Shown here piece after piece: positions 51,933 to 62,843 of a DNA stretch of 64,000 nucleotides. Positions within the stretch are counted from its first letter, which is position 1. Each line of letters starts with the position of its first letter. The notes below the pieces were generated by a model. That model searched no databases, had not been told where the DNA came from, and saw only the letters and a program-made list of their open reading frames with translations. The translations under genes were made by a program, and so were the position numbers. Source of the DNA: Podarcis erhardii (taxonomy: Eukaryota); the NCBI GenBank assembly GCA_964252035.1, contig OZ176201.1, one strand, 5' to 3'.

Positions 51933-52191
51933 ATGATCATCAGGAAGTATGGTCAGATGAGAGCCAACATAAAGTTTCAAGTGAAGTGAGGACAAGTAGT
52001 GGATATTGCTCAGTACAGCTGTACTAGAAACTTCAATCGTGTGATATCATCAGTCAGCGATATCACATGGCGGATGATATTACATGATCTAAGCTACTAG
52101 TACAGCTGCACTGAGCAATATCCATTGCTTGTCCTTACTTCACCTGAAACTTTATGTCATCTCTCACCTGACCATACTTCCTGATGATCAT
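51933..52191. repeat. ~260-bp foldback palindrome (MITE-like)
   Basis: ~95-bp imperfect inverted arms (atgatcatcaggaagtatggtcag... / ...ctgaccatacttcctgatgatcat) plus an inner gtgatatc/gatatcac hairpin. Confidence 0.8.
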
Positions 52192-53390
52192 ATCAAAGTT
52201 CTAGATGCTGCACAAGAAATGACTGTTTTGCACTAAAATGCACTAGCTCACACTCAAAATAGAACTACTGGCTGAAGGACCCAAATGAAGATAGCTTCTT
52301 TTAGAAGTTCATCCATCACTTTGCTTTTGGCAATCCACAAATTTGTCATTGAAATGTCTGACACAGAAGCCACAAAGCAAGATTACCTTGATAATGTCTT
52401 TCAAGTTTGGCGATAATGTTATGAAAGAACAGGACATGGCAACTCCAGTTAGCACCCTTTTTCTTTCAAGGACACTTACTTTTTCTAGCTTACACATTCC
52501 TTCATTTCACAGTAAAGGCAATGTTGTGGGCGAAAAAAATCATAATTCTTTCCCGAGAGAAAATGGTCTAAATATTAATTTGTTTTGAGGTTAATACCCA
52601 CCATCTTTCCAGGCACAGTTTCTTAAACTTCATAATAGCTATTGTCTTTCAGGTGACATAAAAGTGTTGTCTCTCTGCAAAACAAATATTTTGAATTGGC
52701 AGTAAAAAGACACTTTTGTGCCAGTATAATTTATTTCCTGGCTAAAGAGTGCAGCTGATGACATTAAGACATAGCTATGCACAAAATAGACAGCAAGAAA
52801 GGAAATTATGACAGTACAGCTGTTTACATCAAATAATTTTCTTACGCATGGCCAATATCTGCTGATATTACCAAATACCAATGAGAATTATGCTTCCTGG
52901 TGGATAAACTTCTTATGGATGTACAGAAACAAATCAACACTCCAGGAATCTGACCTCTTAACTTCTTTGGTCTCTTTTCAGTGAGAATGATGGCCATCAA
53001 CTATGACTCATCATATCAAAAGTTACTGGAGGTCTAAGAGAACCAACTCTGGCTGCCAGCACATGCTTTTGAGACATTGTGCTCTTGTCCCCAGGTAAAA
53101 TAATTAGATATTTTATAAAGTATGTCAACCTGTGTCTCATAAGCATATGGTGATGACTAGAGTTCCTATGCATTCAGCCTGTAAGTGTGGGGCATGGGAT
53201 TTCTAGGAGAGTGAGCAAGGGAACCTAAAACCTAAAACCTTGAAACTTTTTCCCCTCAATGTTCAAAGCTGATAATTAACATTTTCTGATGAGGTGTATG
53301 ATTCCAATTTGGCCCTTCCAGGTGTCAGAAAGTTCTATACCAAGAGAATAGAGTCATTGCTATACAGCTCCATGAAGAGAAAGTGACACC

Positions 53391-53391
<1 letters not shown>

Positions 53392-53442
<51 letters not shown>
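53392..53442. repeat. (att)n microsatellite
   Basis: Directly visible. Confidence 0.95.
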
Positions 53443-53447
<5 letters not shown>

Positions 53448-53950
53448 TTGCCCTTTTTGCTTTAACCCATGTAAATATTTTCTTTTCTCCGTTTTATGGA
53501 ACATCTGTCCTTCCTCATTGTTCTGAGAAAAAACAGAGTATTGGCCCATGATTTGTAAGAAAAGTCATTTCAGTGGTGACATTATGGATTATTTGCTTTT
53601 TTGTGATAATATTATTCAATATTTTGGGGAAACATTCTGTAAATAACAGAAATGGAAAGGCATCTGTCTTCTTTGTCTCAACCTTTATGGTGGGGGGGGA
53701 GGGAGGGAGAAGGAAAAAAACCCACATTAGTTTGTACACCCTCTTTCAAAACAGTTCTGCTTCCATCCTTGCTCATTTTAATGCCAGAAATAAATATTGA
53801 TGCACTTGCTCTATTCTCCAGTGTAACACACAGAGAAAAACATGGGGGAATATTCTCTCAGGGCTCAAAACAAGGGCACAAGCAAAGTTCACACACTGGA
53901 AAAGAATTCTTTGTAGGGGTAGCCACAGAAATTACATAACAAAGTGGCAT

Positions 53951-53986
<36 letters not shown>

Positions 53987-56178
53987 TAAATTGAGCAGTT
54001 AATGTGCATAATGACTGGCAATTATGCACATTCACCTGGCTGCGTGGGGGATGTGCCCATAATCTGTCTATGAAGAGGATAATTCCCCATCGATATACAT
54101 AATCTCCAACAGGCCTTGTGGAACAAGCATATCTCAACATGCATAATGACTGGGAAGTGTGGTGAACAGCCAGTTGTTATGTTTATTAACCACTCAGCTA
54201 ACATTACCCCATGCCTCTTCATTTTACAGTTGATGTGCATCAACTTCCAAATGTGGATTTTTAGTACATACAGTGGTCATGCTGTCTTATTCCTGACTAA
54301 TTATGTGCAGGAATTGTTCAGGAAATATTGATGGATACATTTGTCACATCTCGCTGATGCATAGAGTTCTCCCTGCTATCATTGGAAAATAGATTCCCAG
54401 TATGGCTCCACATTATACTGACACTGGAGTGTCAAGATCATCTGCCAAAAAAATTGAATGCTAGAAGAGACAAAGAACTGAGAGCCTGCAAACTCTGCTC
54501 CTGACACCCTCCTGCTGAGTAATTTAAGGCCGTTTGGCATCTCCTTTGTATTGCTGTTTTTCTTTCCCTCTAGTACCGCAGTTAGTCTTTTTCCAGAAGT
54601 GCGGCGAGATTTTGAAAACATAGCAGGAAGATTGTGCTGTCTCAGTTAGCTATATCCTGGATGAACAAATGTGGGAAGGGTAGGTTGGTTCATAGAAATG
54701 TAATCTGATATGGAATTCCAAAGAGGAAGAAGTGGGCTGCATAAACAAGGGAGAGAACTGAACTGAAAACTGTAGGCTTCCCCGAGACCTCCTGCAGAAA
54801 GGGAAGAAGCAAAGACTCGCAGGAGACCAAGTGCAACTATTATGTGCGTTTCTATTGCCAAAGCAAACAGAGCCCTTAATAGCTATTGGATATACTATTG
54901 ACTGGATGTGAGTTGGGAAGCAAGCATCTTCCTTCCTTTCCTTTTGGATTGCCTCAGTATGTTACATTTTAAAAGATGGATAACTCAGGTGCATTTTTTT
55001 TTTAAAATGTAAAGCATGAATGCAACAAACACACATTTGCCAAGAGTGGTGAATAGCAGCAGGTTGTTTGTGCATTGGGTGGCCTGATCCAGCAGGCTCT
55101 TCTTGATGTTCTGATAGTTGAATTCCATTAGAATCAATGGAGATGGGAGATAATATGTCAGTGATGCATGTACAGAAGAAGAAACTCTTGATTATTACGG
55201 GCTGTCAGGCAGAGCCATGTAATCCATTAAATGGTTTGCTTTGGCAGGCACTATGGAACTCTCAGACAGGACCAATTTACTACGTCACTGGGTCTTATTT
55301 GTGGCACTCACATTGTCCTTGCCACGACTTCCCAAATACCCCATTCTTCCAAAACAGCTATAGCAGCTGCCACTACTCCCCTGCAGAATGGAAAATACAT
55401 TTTTCATCTGCACAGCTTTTCAGAGGTTCTGGATGTATTACTAGTATTAGTATCATTTTCATTAATAGACCACTTACTATCAATCTATCTGTCTACCCAC
55501 CAATATAGATATATTACAATAAAAACAATGTCAAATGATTTTCGTATAAACAATATCCATGTACACCGACACAATATCATAAATAAAGCCAGAGGCAGCA
55601 CAATGTAAAATTCTGACCAACAGAAATTACACTATTAATGCATCCACTCACCTAGTCTCATTCACCATCGGTTCCACCCAACCACTACAATCATACATCA
55701 TCTCTGTGAACCAACCACTGTACATAAAGCACTCATACTCAACAATAGTATAACCCACATACAAATGTTCACTGCAAAACATACACATATAAGATACCCT
55801 CCCTGTTTCTGAAGCACAAATGGGCTCATCCTCACATCCACTGGATCACTTGTTAATTCCACCGTGTTTCACCTGAGGGAGTCCACTTCGATTCCAGAGT
55901 AGGTTGTCACCCAGGTGGGGAGTGTAAAACAACTTCTGCCTATTCACTCCCAGCTACATTATCGTAGTACCTATGGTACTATACAACCTCAACTGATAAA
56001 TAGCTAGTTGGCACTAGTAGCAGACAGAAACATCAGGCTCACACTCAAGATGGCCCTGAAGGTCACCATAAACTGAAATTGTTGTAGCCAACCAAAATAC
56101 AGAAGGTTCAGGATTATATTTGTAAGCTCTTCTGTCTTAAGAATATGAACTGCATGTGTATTTTCATATATATATAAT

Positions 56179-56523
56179 GGTAAAGGGATCCCTGAATGTT
56201 ACGTCCAGTCGCGGATGACTCTGGGGTTGCGGCGCTCATCTCGCTTTACTGGCTGAGGGAGCCGGCGTGCAGCTTCCAGGTCATGTGACCAGCATGACTA
56301 AGCCGCTTCTGGCAAACCAGAGCAGCGCACGGAAATGCCATTTACCTTCCCGCCGGAGCGGTACCTATTTATCTACTTGCACTTTGACGTGCTTTTGAAT
56401 TGCTAGGTTGGCAGGAGCAGGGACCGAGCAATGGGAGCTCACCCCATCACGGGGATTCGAACTGCCAACCTTCTGATCAGCAAGCCCTAGGCTCTGTGGT
56501 TTAGACCACAGCGCCACCCACGC
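56179..56523 (-). mobile_element. Sauria SINE (Squam1)
   Basis: ggtaaagggatccctg...gcgccaccca; homologous to 37737-38094. Confidence 0.93.
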
Positions 56524-58322
56524 ATATATGTATACACGTATATAAATGAATTACATATATATCTTCATGCATATATATCTTCATGCATGTGCCTGTGTAT
56601 GAGCATGAGTATGTTTCAACCAACAGATGTTGGAAGAGAGTAAGTGGGCACAAGGTTTAGTTAAAGCAAAATTCACAAAATATTACTTTATTTGGTCATT
56701 GGTAGAGTTCCTTGCTTTGAATGTTTACACTGACCCAAATTCAGCTACAATTAAAAGTTCTTAGCAAGACTGGGGTAGTGTTCTTCTTGAGACACTGGAC
56801 ATCTGCTTCCAAGCAGTATTAAGCTGAATTGGGGCTGGAGAGCCTTTTTGATCCATGTATCCAGTTTTTTATCTGTCCCCACATGCATGGGTCAAGTTTG
56901 ACAGGTGGGCAGAATAACCCACAGATCAAAGTTCTTTGCACTGTACAGTGTTTCCAGCCCTATGCTCAGTATTTGTGAACCAGTGGGCCAATGGTCTGGA
57001 ACTCAGGCCCCTTCCAGACCTATTTGCTTATCTAGAATTTTGGCGTAGTAACTTAAGAATGAGAGAAAGCAGTGGATGAACATCATACTGTATGATAGGG
57101 TGATGCAATGAGAAGAGAAACTGCAGATATCACAGAATCATGCAACTCCCACTCATTTTAATGTGATTGAGCTAGGACAACTGCCGACATCCCCAAAGAA
57201 AAGTAAGAAATGATGTTCCTGCATGCTATTTAAATGATGTCCCTACATGCTATTTAAGGAAGAATGCAAGATTTTGGATATCACAAGAACACAGAATGCC
57301 TTCTGCATAGGTCACATCTCATAAAAATGGAATTTACGACTGAATCAGAAGACAAAATGATTTCAATAGGCCTTTCTAACTGCTAAGCAAGCTGGATTGC
57401 CTTATGAAAACAGGCAGATTCCAGAGCTTCAGAGCTGCACAATGTAGAAAGGGGTCTTTAAAAAAAAAAAAAATCAACACAAGTTGCCATAAGATAAGGG
57501 AAGGGACATAGATCACACACATAGTAAATCCTCAGGTTATGCTGCCAAACCAAGGTAAAATTAGAGTTTCAAGAAGAAAGCATGAATCAGACGCAAAACA
57601 TGTTTTGAAAAGTCATTCTGTTTTTGAACATTTCTGAGGAAGAAAAAGTACTTTAAAGTAGACATGGTTTATGTGTAATCACTCTGGGAAGGCTTCGTTT
57701 TTCATTGGTAAATGTCAGCAAATATCAGTTTCTTTGTATATATACAGCAACAGAAGAAAAACGAACTTCCAGTAATATACCGATATTATAGACCAGTAAA
57801 ATATGCCGACAGGAAAGTAATGAAAGCTCCATAAACCATGTGTATATCAACTGGAAAATACAGAATTATTTTGAAAGCTATTACTTCTTGACTGATCCTG
57901 AGACCTGCCTCATGAACATTTAAATTAGCAGTTTTCAACTTTCAGCCTATAGGGAACATTTTCCATAGTGACTTATAGAATTGCAACCATTTGTATTATG
58001 GGCCATATTTTAGGATTAGGACAAACAATGCAGGGCACCGGCCAGACCTCATCAACTAACTGAGAATCTGACATATGCTGCAATCCTATATTCACTTATC
58101 TGCAAGTAAAGACTTATATTTGAGTCAACCCTATACACATCTATGTTGAAGTAAGCTCCACCTCCATGGGACTTGCTCACGGGTAAGCAGTTGTGTGTTG
58201 AGGTCCCCAAGACACCCCCCCCCCCCGAAGAAAAACACAATTGACACTTAATTTTTGTTTAAGGTTTTTGGCATAATTTTGGCCACAACTTTATTCAAAT
58301 ACAGCTATGTGAATGGTTGTTT

Positions 58323-58670
58323 AGGCATTGGTAGCACTAACTGCCCCCACACGGGGACAGCTCTGACATTTGCACCCCCCACGAGGTCAGGAAGGGTAAG
58401 TCACCTGGGGAGAGAGACGGGACTGGGAACCATGCCTCACCTCTCCCCAGCATGCTCCCAGGGGCTTGCGTGGCCCTAGCCCCTTGCCAGGGGGTTTCGG
58501 ACAAAAGCATGGGGGAGCCCCTGGGTTCCTTTAACGGTAAAACCCTTCAGCAGCAGCATTTTGGAGGGGCAGGCACAGCCGAATCCATACCCCTCCACCA
58601 GCAGCAGCATTTGGGGGGGCAGGCACAGCCGAATCCATACCCCCCAGCAACCAATTCCAGACCAATGCCT
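58323..58670 (-). ncRNA. Candidate structured RNA cassette, copy B (normal 3' position)
   Basis: Inverted repeat at 58323-58332 / 58661-58670 and the same internal motifs as copy A. It lies between the hydrolase stop (58709-58711) and the poly(A) signal (58290-58295). Confidence 0.55.
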
Positions 58671-58708
58671 AACCGCCAACTGAGCACTGAAGCTCACCGC
58701 CAAACCAC

Positions 58709-58949
58709 TCACAAATGCAACCCTTCCTTCAATCCCAAAGCAACCGCATCCAGCCAGGTGTCGTTCCCCATAGGGGAAAGATGCACCCCATCTGCAAGGT
58801 AACAGCAGGGTGCAATATCACAGATCCACTGTTATTTTATTTTATTTTATTTTATTTTATTTTATTTTATTTTATTTTTTAATTTTTTTTAATTTATTGT
58901 ATTTTATTTTATTTTCCACCGCCTTATTAACATGCTTTCTGGCCTGCTC
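58709..58949 (-). pseudogene. SGNH hydrolase ORF, C-terminal half
   Basis: EQARKHVNKAVEN [AT-rich expansion] SGSVILHP / YLADGVHLSPMGNDTWLDAVALGLKEGLHL*. DGVH at 58781-58792 is the SGNH block V DxxH motif. Confidence 0.75.
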
Positions 58950-58960
58950 GGTGGCAGTTT

Positions 58961-60311
58961 TTTTTTTTTAAATATATATAAAATATTTATTAAAGTTTTC
59001 AAAAAGTTATCTAAAATAGAAAAAACAAGAGAAAGGTAAAAAGAAAAAATACATACAAAACATAAAACCCACATACAATAACAAGTATAGTTTCAGTCCC
59101 TTATGTTCATAAGCCTTACTTTCCCGACCTCCTCATACCTCCCCTTCCTGTATCCCAATCTCTAATAATTCAATTCCGCAAATCCTTCCCCTTATCTCAA
59201 TTAGTTTTTTTTTAATCTTCCTTTTTTTGATACCTAATCATTACAGCTGAAAACCCCTTACTTTCTAGATCCATATAGTTCTATCATTCAATAATTTTAC
59301 AATTTTTATTAAGGTAGTCCTTAAATTTCTTCCATTCTTCTTCCGCCGTCTCTTTTCCCTGGTCTCGGATTCTGCCAGTCATTTCTGCCAGTCCCATATA
59401 GTCTATTACTTTCATCTGCCATTCTTCAACGGTGGGTAGATCTTCTGTCTTCCAATACTTTGCGATGAGTATTCTTGCTGCTGTTGTGGCGTACATAAAG
59501 AATGTTCTGTCCTTCTTTGGCACCAATTGGCCGACCATGCCCAGGAGACAGGCCTCTGGTTTCTTCAAAAAGGTAAACTTAAATACCTTTTTCATTTCAT
59601 TATAGATCATCTCCCAGAAAGCCTTAATCCTTGGGCACGTCCACCAAAGGTGAAAGAATGTACCTTCAGTTTCTTTACATTTCCAACATTTATTATCAGA
59701 CAAGTGGTAAATTTTTGCAAGCTTGACTGGGGTCATGTACCACCTATAAATCATTTTCATAATATTCTCTCTTAAGGCATTACATGCCGTAAACTTCATA
59801 CCGGTGGTCCACAACTGTTCCCAGTCAGCAAACATAATGTTATGACCTATATCTTGAGCCCACTTGACCATAGCTGATTTAACCGTTTCGTCCTGGGTAT
59901 TCCATTTCAACAGCAAGTTATACATTCTTGATAATATTTTAGCATTGGGTTCTAACAGTTCTGTCTCCAGTTTTGATTTTTCCACCTGAAAACCGATTTT
60001 CCTATCTAACTTATAAACCTCCATTATCTGATAGTAATGAAGCCAATCTCACACTTTATTTTTCAGTTTCTCATAACTCTGCAATTTCCATTTGTCCCCT
60101 TCTTGGTCCAGAATCTCCCCATATTTCGGCCATTTGGATTCCATATTAAGTTTTTTTTACTGCCTTTGCCTCCAATGGAGACAGCCACCTTGGAGTTTTA
60201 TTTTCCAGCAAATCTTTGTACTTGACCCAAACATTATATAATGCTTTCCTAACAACATGATTTTTAAAAGCTTTATGGACTTTCACCTTGTCATACCACA
60301 AATATGCATGC
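58961..60311 (-). mobile_element. 5'-truncated L1/Tx1-type LINE
   Basis: ORF2 C-terminus, 3' UTR and poly(A); TSD cggtgg(c/t)agttt at 58949-58960 and 60312-60323. Confidence 0.9.
59284..60024 (-). CDS. L1-type ORF2 C-terminal region (zf-RVT)
   Basis: RWYMTPVKLAKIY...CWKCKETEGTFFHLWWTC zinc-knuckle motif. Confidence 0.8.
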   Translation of the reverse strand: MEVYKLDRKIGFQVEKSKLETELLEPNAKILSRMYNLLLKWNTQDETVKSAMVKWAQDIGHNIMFADWEQLWTTGMKFTACNALRENIMKMIYRWYMTPVKLAKIYHLSDNKCWKCKETEGTFFHLWWTCPRIKAFWEMIYNEMKKVFKFTFLKKPEACLLGMVGQLVPKKDRTFFMYATTAARILIAKYWKTEDLPTVEEWQMKVIDYMGLAEMTGRIRDQGKETAEEEWKKFKDYLNKNCKIIE

Positions 60312-60327
60312 CGGTGGTAGTTTGTCT

Positions 60328-60607
60328 AGGCATTGGTTCCGACGATCTGCACCCGACCTCAACAGGGCAGCACTGACGACTGGGCCCCACCATATCGTCA
60401 GTACAAGCAAACATCGTGGGGGAGCAATGAACCAGGATCAGACTCAAGCACACCCCAAATGCTCCAGGGACCCTTGCGTGGCCCTACCCCTCGAAAGGGG
60501 TCGACAAAAGCATGGCGAATCCTTGGATTCCTTTAAAGGATTACCTTTGCGCATTGGAGGGGACAGGTGCTCCGACCCCCCCTCCAGACTACCTTGAACC
60601 AATGCCT
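60328..60607 (-). ncRNA. Candidate structured RNA cassette, copy C (inside the hydrolase ORF)
   Basis: 12-bp perfect inverted repeat aggcattggttc (60328-60339) / gaaccaatgcct (60596-60607); cc-tttaaa-gg loop and acccct-ttcg-aggggt hairpin on the minus strand. Confidence 0.55.
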
Positions 60608-60609
60608 TA

Positions 60610-60897
60610 AATTATTTTGAGTCCAGGGAGAGCTGCCATCAACTCATCCAAGTCCTCCTGCATGCAGGAACGCAAACTTATGCTGTAAGAAGACGGCAAG
60701 TGATTCTTGTCCAGCTGCACCACTAGCACTGCGGGAGGACCTGCACAGGTCACACTCAACCGCACCAAAGGAAGGAACTCCTCCCAAAGCATTCCCCATC
60801 TGGACACCCAGTATATGTTCACATGGGCAGGAAGACTGAGATGGTGCCCCAGTCCAGACTCGTCAGTGCGCTTGCCAGCCCAGTGTACAATGCTTTA

Positions 60898-60928
<31 letters not shown>

Positions 60929-61009
60929 ATTTTATTTTATATTTTCCACCGCCTTATTAACATGCTTTCTGGCCTGCTCAACTGCCAATCTAAATGTGCA
61001 CAGCTGCTC
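60610..61009 (-). pseudogene. SGNH hydrolase ORF, N-terminal half
   Basis: VHI*IG [insert] SIVHWAGKRTDESGLGHHLSLPAHVNIYWVSRWGMLWEEFLP...GPPAVLVVQLDKNHL...MQEDLDELMAALPGLKII. These are degenerate G(H)S and G(G)ND blocks. Confidence 0.75.
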
Positions 61010-61050
61010 CTATGAAAAAAGGAAATAACAGACAGGCATCAGCACAGACA

Positions 61051-62051
61051 TCATTGGTGACACTTCCTGATGTAACCCTTGTCAGCATCAGACTTCCAAT
61101 GACCAGTATTCACAATCCTGTCTACTGACAGGCCCCCAGTGTGCAGCCTTTGCAGCAGCCCTATTCGGAAGGAATGAGGCGTGTTCAGCGGTAGGCAAGC
61201 CGCAGGCCATAATAACTGGTGCACGACGTAAGCACATTGATGCCTGGCTAACGGGAACCCATTTTCATGCACTAGGAGCGGGCCAGCCCCCAGGGGAATG
61301 AAAAGCCAAATATTTCTGGTATCCATAACTAGGCAAGGGCGCTCCTCACCTGTGAGGGGAAGCCTGATGGTGGCACTCCTGCCCACTAGGTCTGTTTTAG
61401 AGTTCCCCACTCTAATGCCCAGCTCCAAAGCAGATAAGGAAAAGTCCTGAAGCATTAAGCCTCCAGACTCAGCCCCGTGCTGGCTCCAACACAATTTCCC
61501 CAACCGTCAGTGCACCAAAAATGCAATGGAATACTGAAAGGAGTCTCACCTTGATCTTTAACCAGCAGACAAGTTATAACTTGTTGCAGATACTGCATAG
61601 GTAAAAATTGACCGACTTCCTGCCCACTGTCCTATGAGGTTGGAGCCTATTCCAACCTTCCAAGGCCCTGCGCACGACAGACTTTATACAAGGGTATCTG
61701 CAAATTAAAGCTTTACTATAACAGACATTGCAGAGGACTGAATACTGATAGTTTTAACAGCACATCCAATCTGCAGCAGGTGGACCAAATATTGCAGGAA
61801 CTGCTAGAGGATGGGGGCCAGTTCTTCTGAATGGCCGAGGACTGCCAGCTTAAGGCTAAGAATTCCATCCAGGCCTTCCCATAAGAGCTAAAAGCAGAAG
61901 GGGAAATGGAAGCTGTTGCTATCTGTAATTGACAACTAATTATGTCAAAGTGCCACAGGTGGTCTGGAAAAGTCTGGCAGTAGCTGAGTGTCTGGAGCCC
62001 AGGATCTGAAGCGCTCCATCTGAAAATGGGATAGAGTGTCAGCAACATCAT
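61051..62051 (-). pseudogene. Tyrosine recombinase, frameshifted
   Basis: N-terminal SISPSAFSSYGKAWMEF and C-terminal HSFRIG...GHWKSDADKGYIR, matching the DIRS-type HSFRIG / GRWxS / YIR motifs. Confidence 0.85.
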
Positions 62052-62210
62052 TAGAGGATCCCGTAATCAGGAGAGCATAAAGCACAATATTAAACCTTAA
62101 GCAGCGCAGCTCGAAGCGTGAGCGGAGGGGCAGAGACTCTGCTGGAGCATGAGGACTGTCTTGCCAAGACGCTCACCACTGCCTGGTTATCAGACCAAAA
62201 GCAGTTTGAT
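61960..62210 (-). pseudogene. RT-associated RNase H C-terminal remnant
   Basis: FWSDNQAVVSVLARQSS and CLRFNIVLYALLITGSSNDVADTLSHFQMERFRSWAP, matching DIRS-type DN..VV and N..AD.LSR motifs. Confidence 0.8.
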
Positions 62211-62345
62211 TGAAGAGAGCAGCATCACAAGAACCTCTCTTTTCTCTCCACAGCAAGATAGTTGTTGAGCAGTCTGTGGTGAAAGGTAGATGAAGGAGGC
62301 ACCAGTTATTCTGAAACCATCTTAATTGTGGACAACTCACTAGAC

Positions 62346-62843
62346 CAGGGCTCACTAACATAGCACCTATGGGCACCAGCGTGCCTGCCAGTTCTTCAAA
62401 TGACCTCCATGTTAGGTCTCAGTAAACGTCCCCTCAAAAATCCACAATGCATGAGAGACTATGTGCTCTTCTTGCTTGGTTCCTGTTCTCACTAGCTCAG
62501 CCTCTCTTATGTTGAGCAAATTCCCTTAAATATGCACACATTTCATTAGATGCTTCTAGGATTAGACATCCAACTTTGCTTCCTTTCTGAACAGCAAGCA
62601 CAGTGGTAGCTTATGTAGGTGCTTCCCTCCCCCCCCCCCCAGATTTGGGAGAGGGGAGGAACGCCAACACCATTTTCTGATCCTGTCCCTTGATGTAGCA
62701 TCCATTTTCTGTTATGCCACAGCCCACAGACAGCCATTTTGTGTTATGCCACACATTCACAGCAGCCATCTTGTGAATGATCCCAATGACACTTCTTCAG
62801 AATTCCAGATGTTTGCCCTGGCCCCCAAAGTTGGCAACCCCTG
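62346..62843. mobile_element. hAT-type MITE
   Basis: Termini cagggctcactaac / gttggcaacccctg; aged 8-bp TSD cactagac / caccaggc; internal cagccattttgtg repeats. Confidence 0.65.

Larger units (their letters stand above)
58195..62215 (-). mobile_element. Decayed, 5'-truncated Ngaro/DIRS-type tyrosine-recombinase retrotransposon with an L1 insertion
   Basis: Minus-strand order: RNase H remnant, tyrosine recombinase, SGNH hydrolase, structured cassette, aataaa. This matches hydrolase-bearing Ngaro elements. Confidence 0.85.

Noticed and set aside
58460-58480. Pistol-ribozyme-like words (tagggccacg, aagccc) on the minus strand of cassette B
   Set aside because: The upstream CGTGG arm and the pistol P1/pseudoknot spacing are absent; probably coincidental.
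60370-60410. Hammerhead core (ctgacga) in cassette C
   Set aside because: It is one arm of the actgacga/tcgtcagt hairpin; no GAAA or stem II/III geometry on either strand.
62653-62666. 14-mer ggggaggaacgcca shared with cassette A (~11107-11121)
   Set aside because: It lies inside an unrelated hAT MITE, is G-rich and has no flanking homology.
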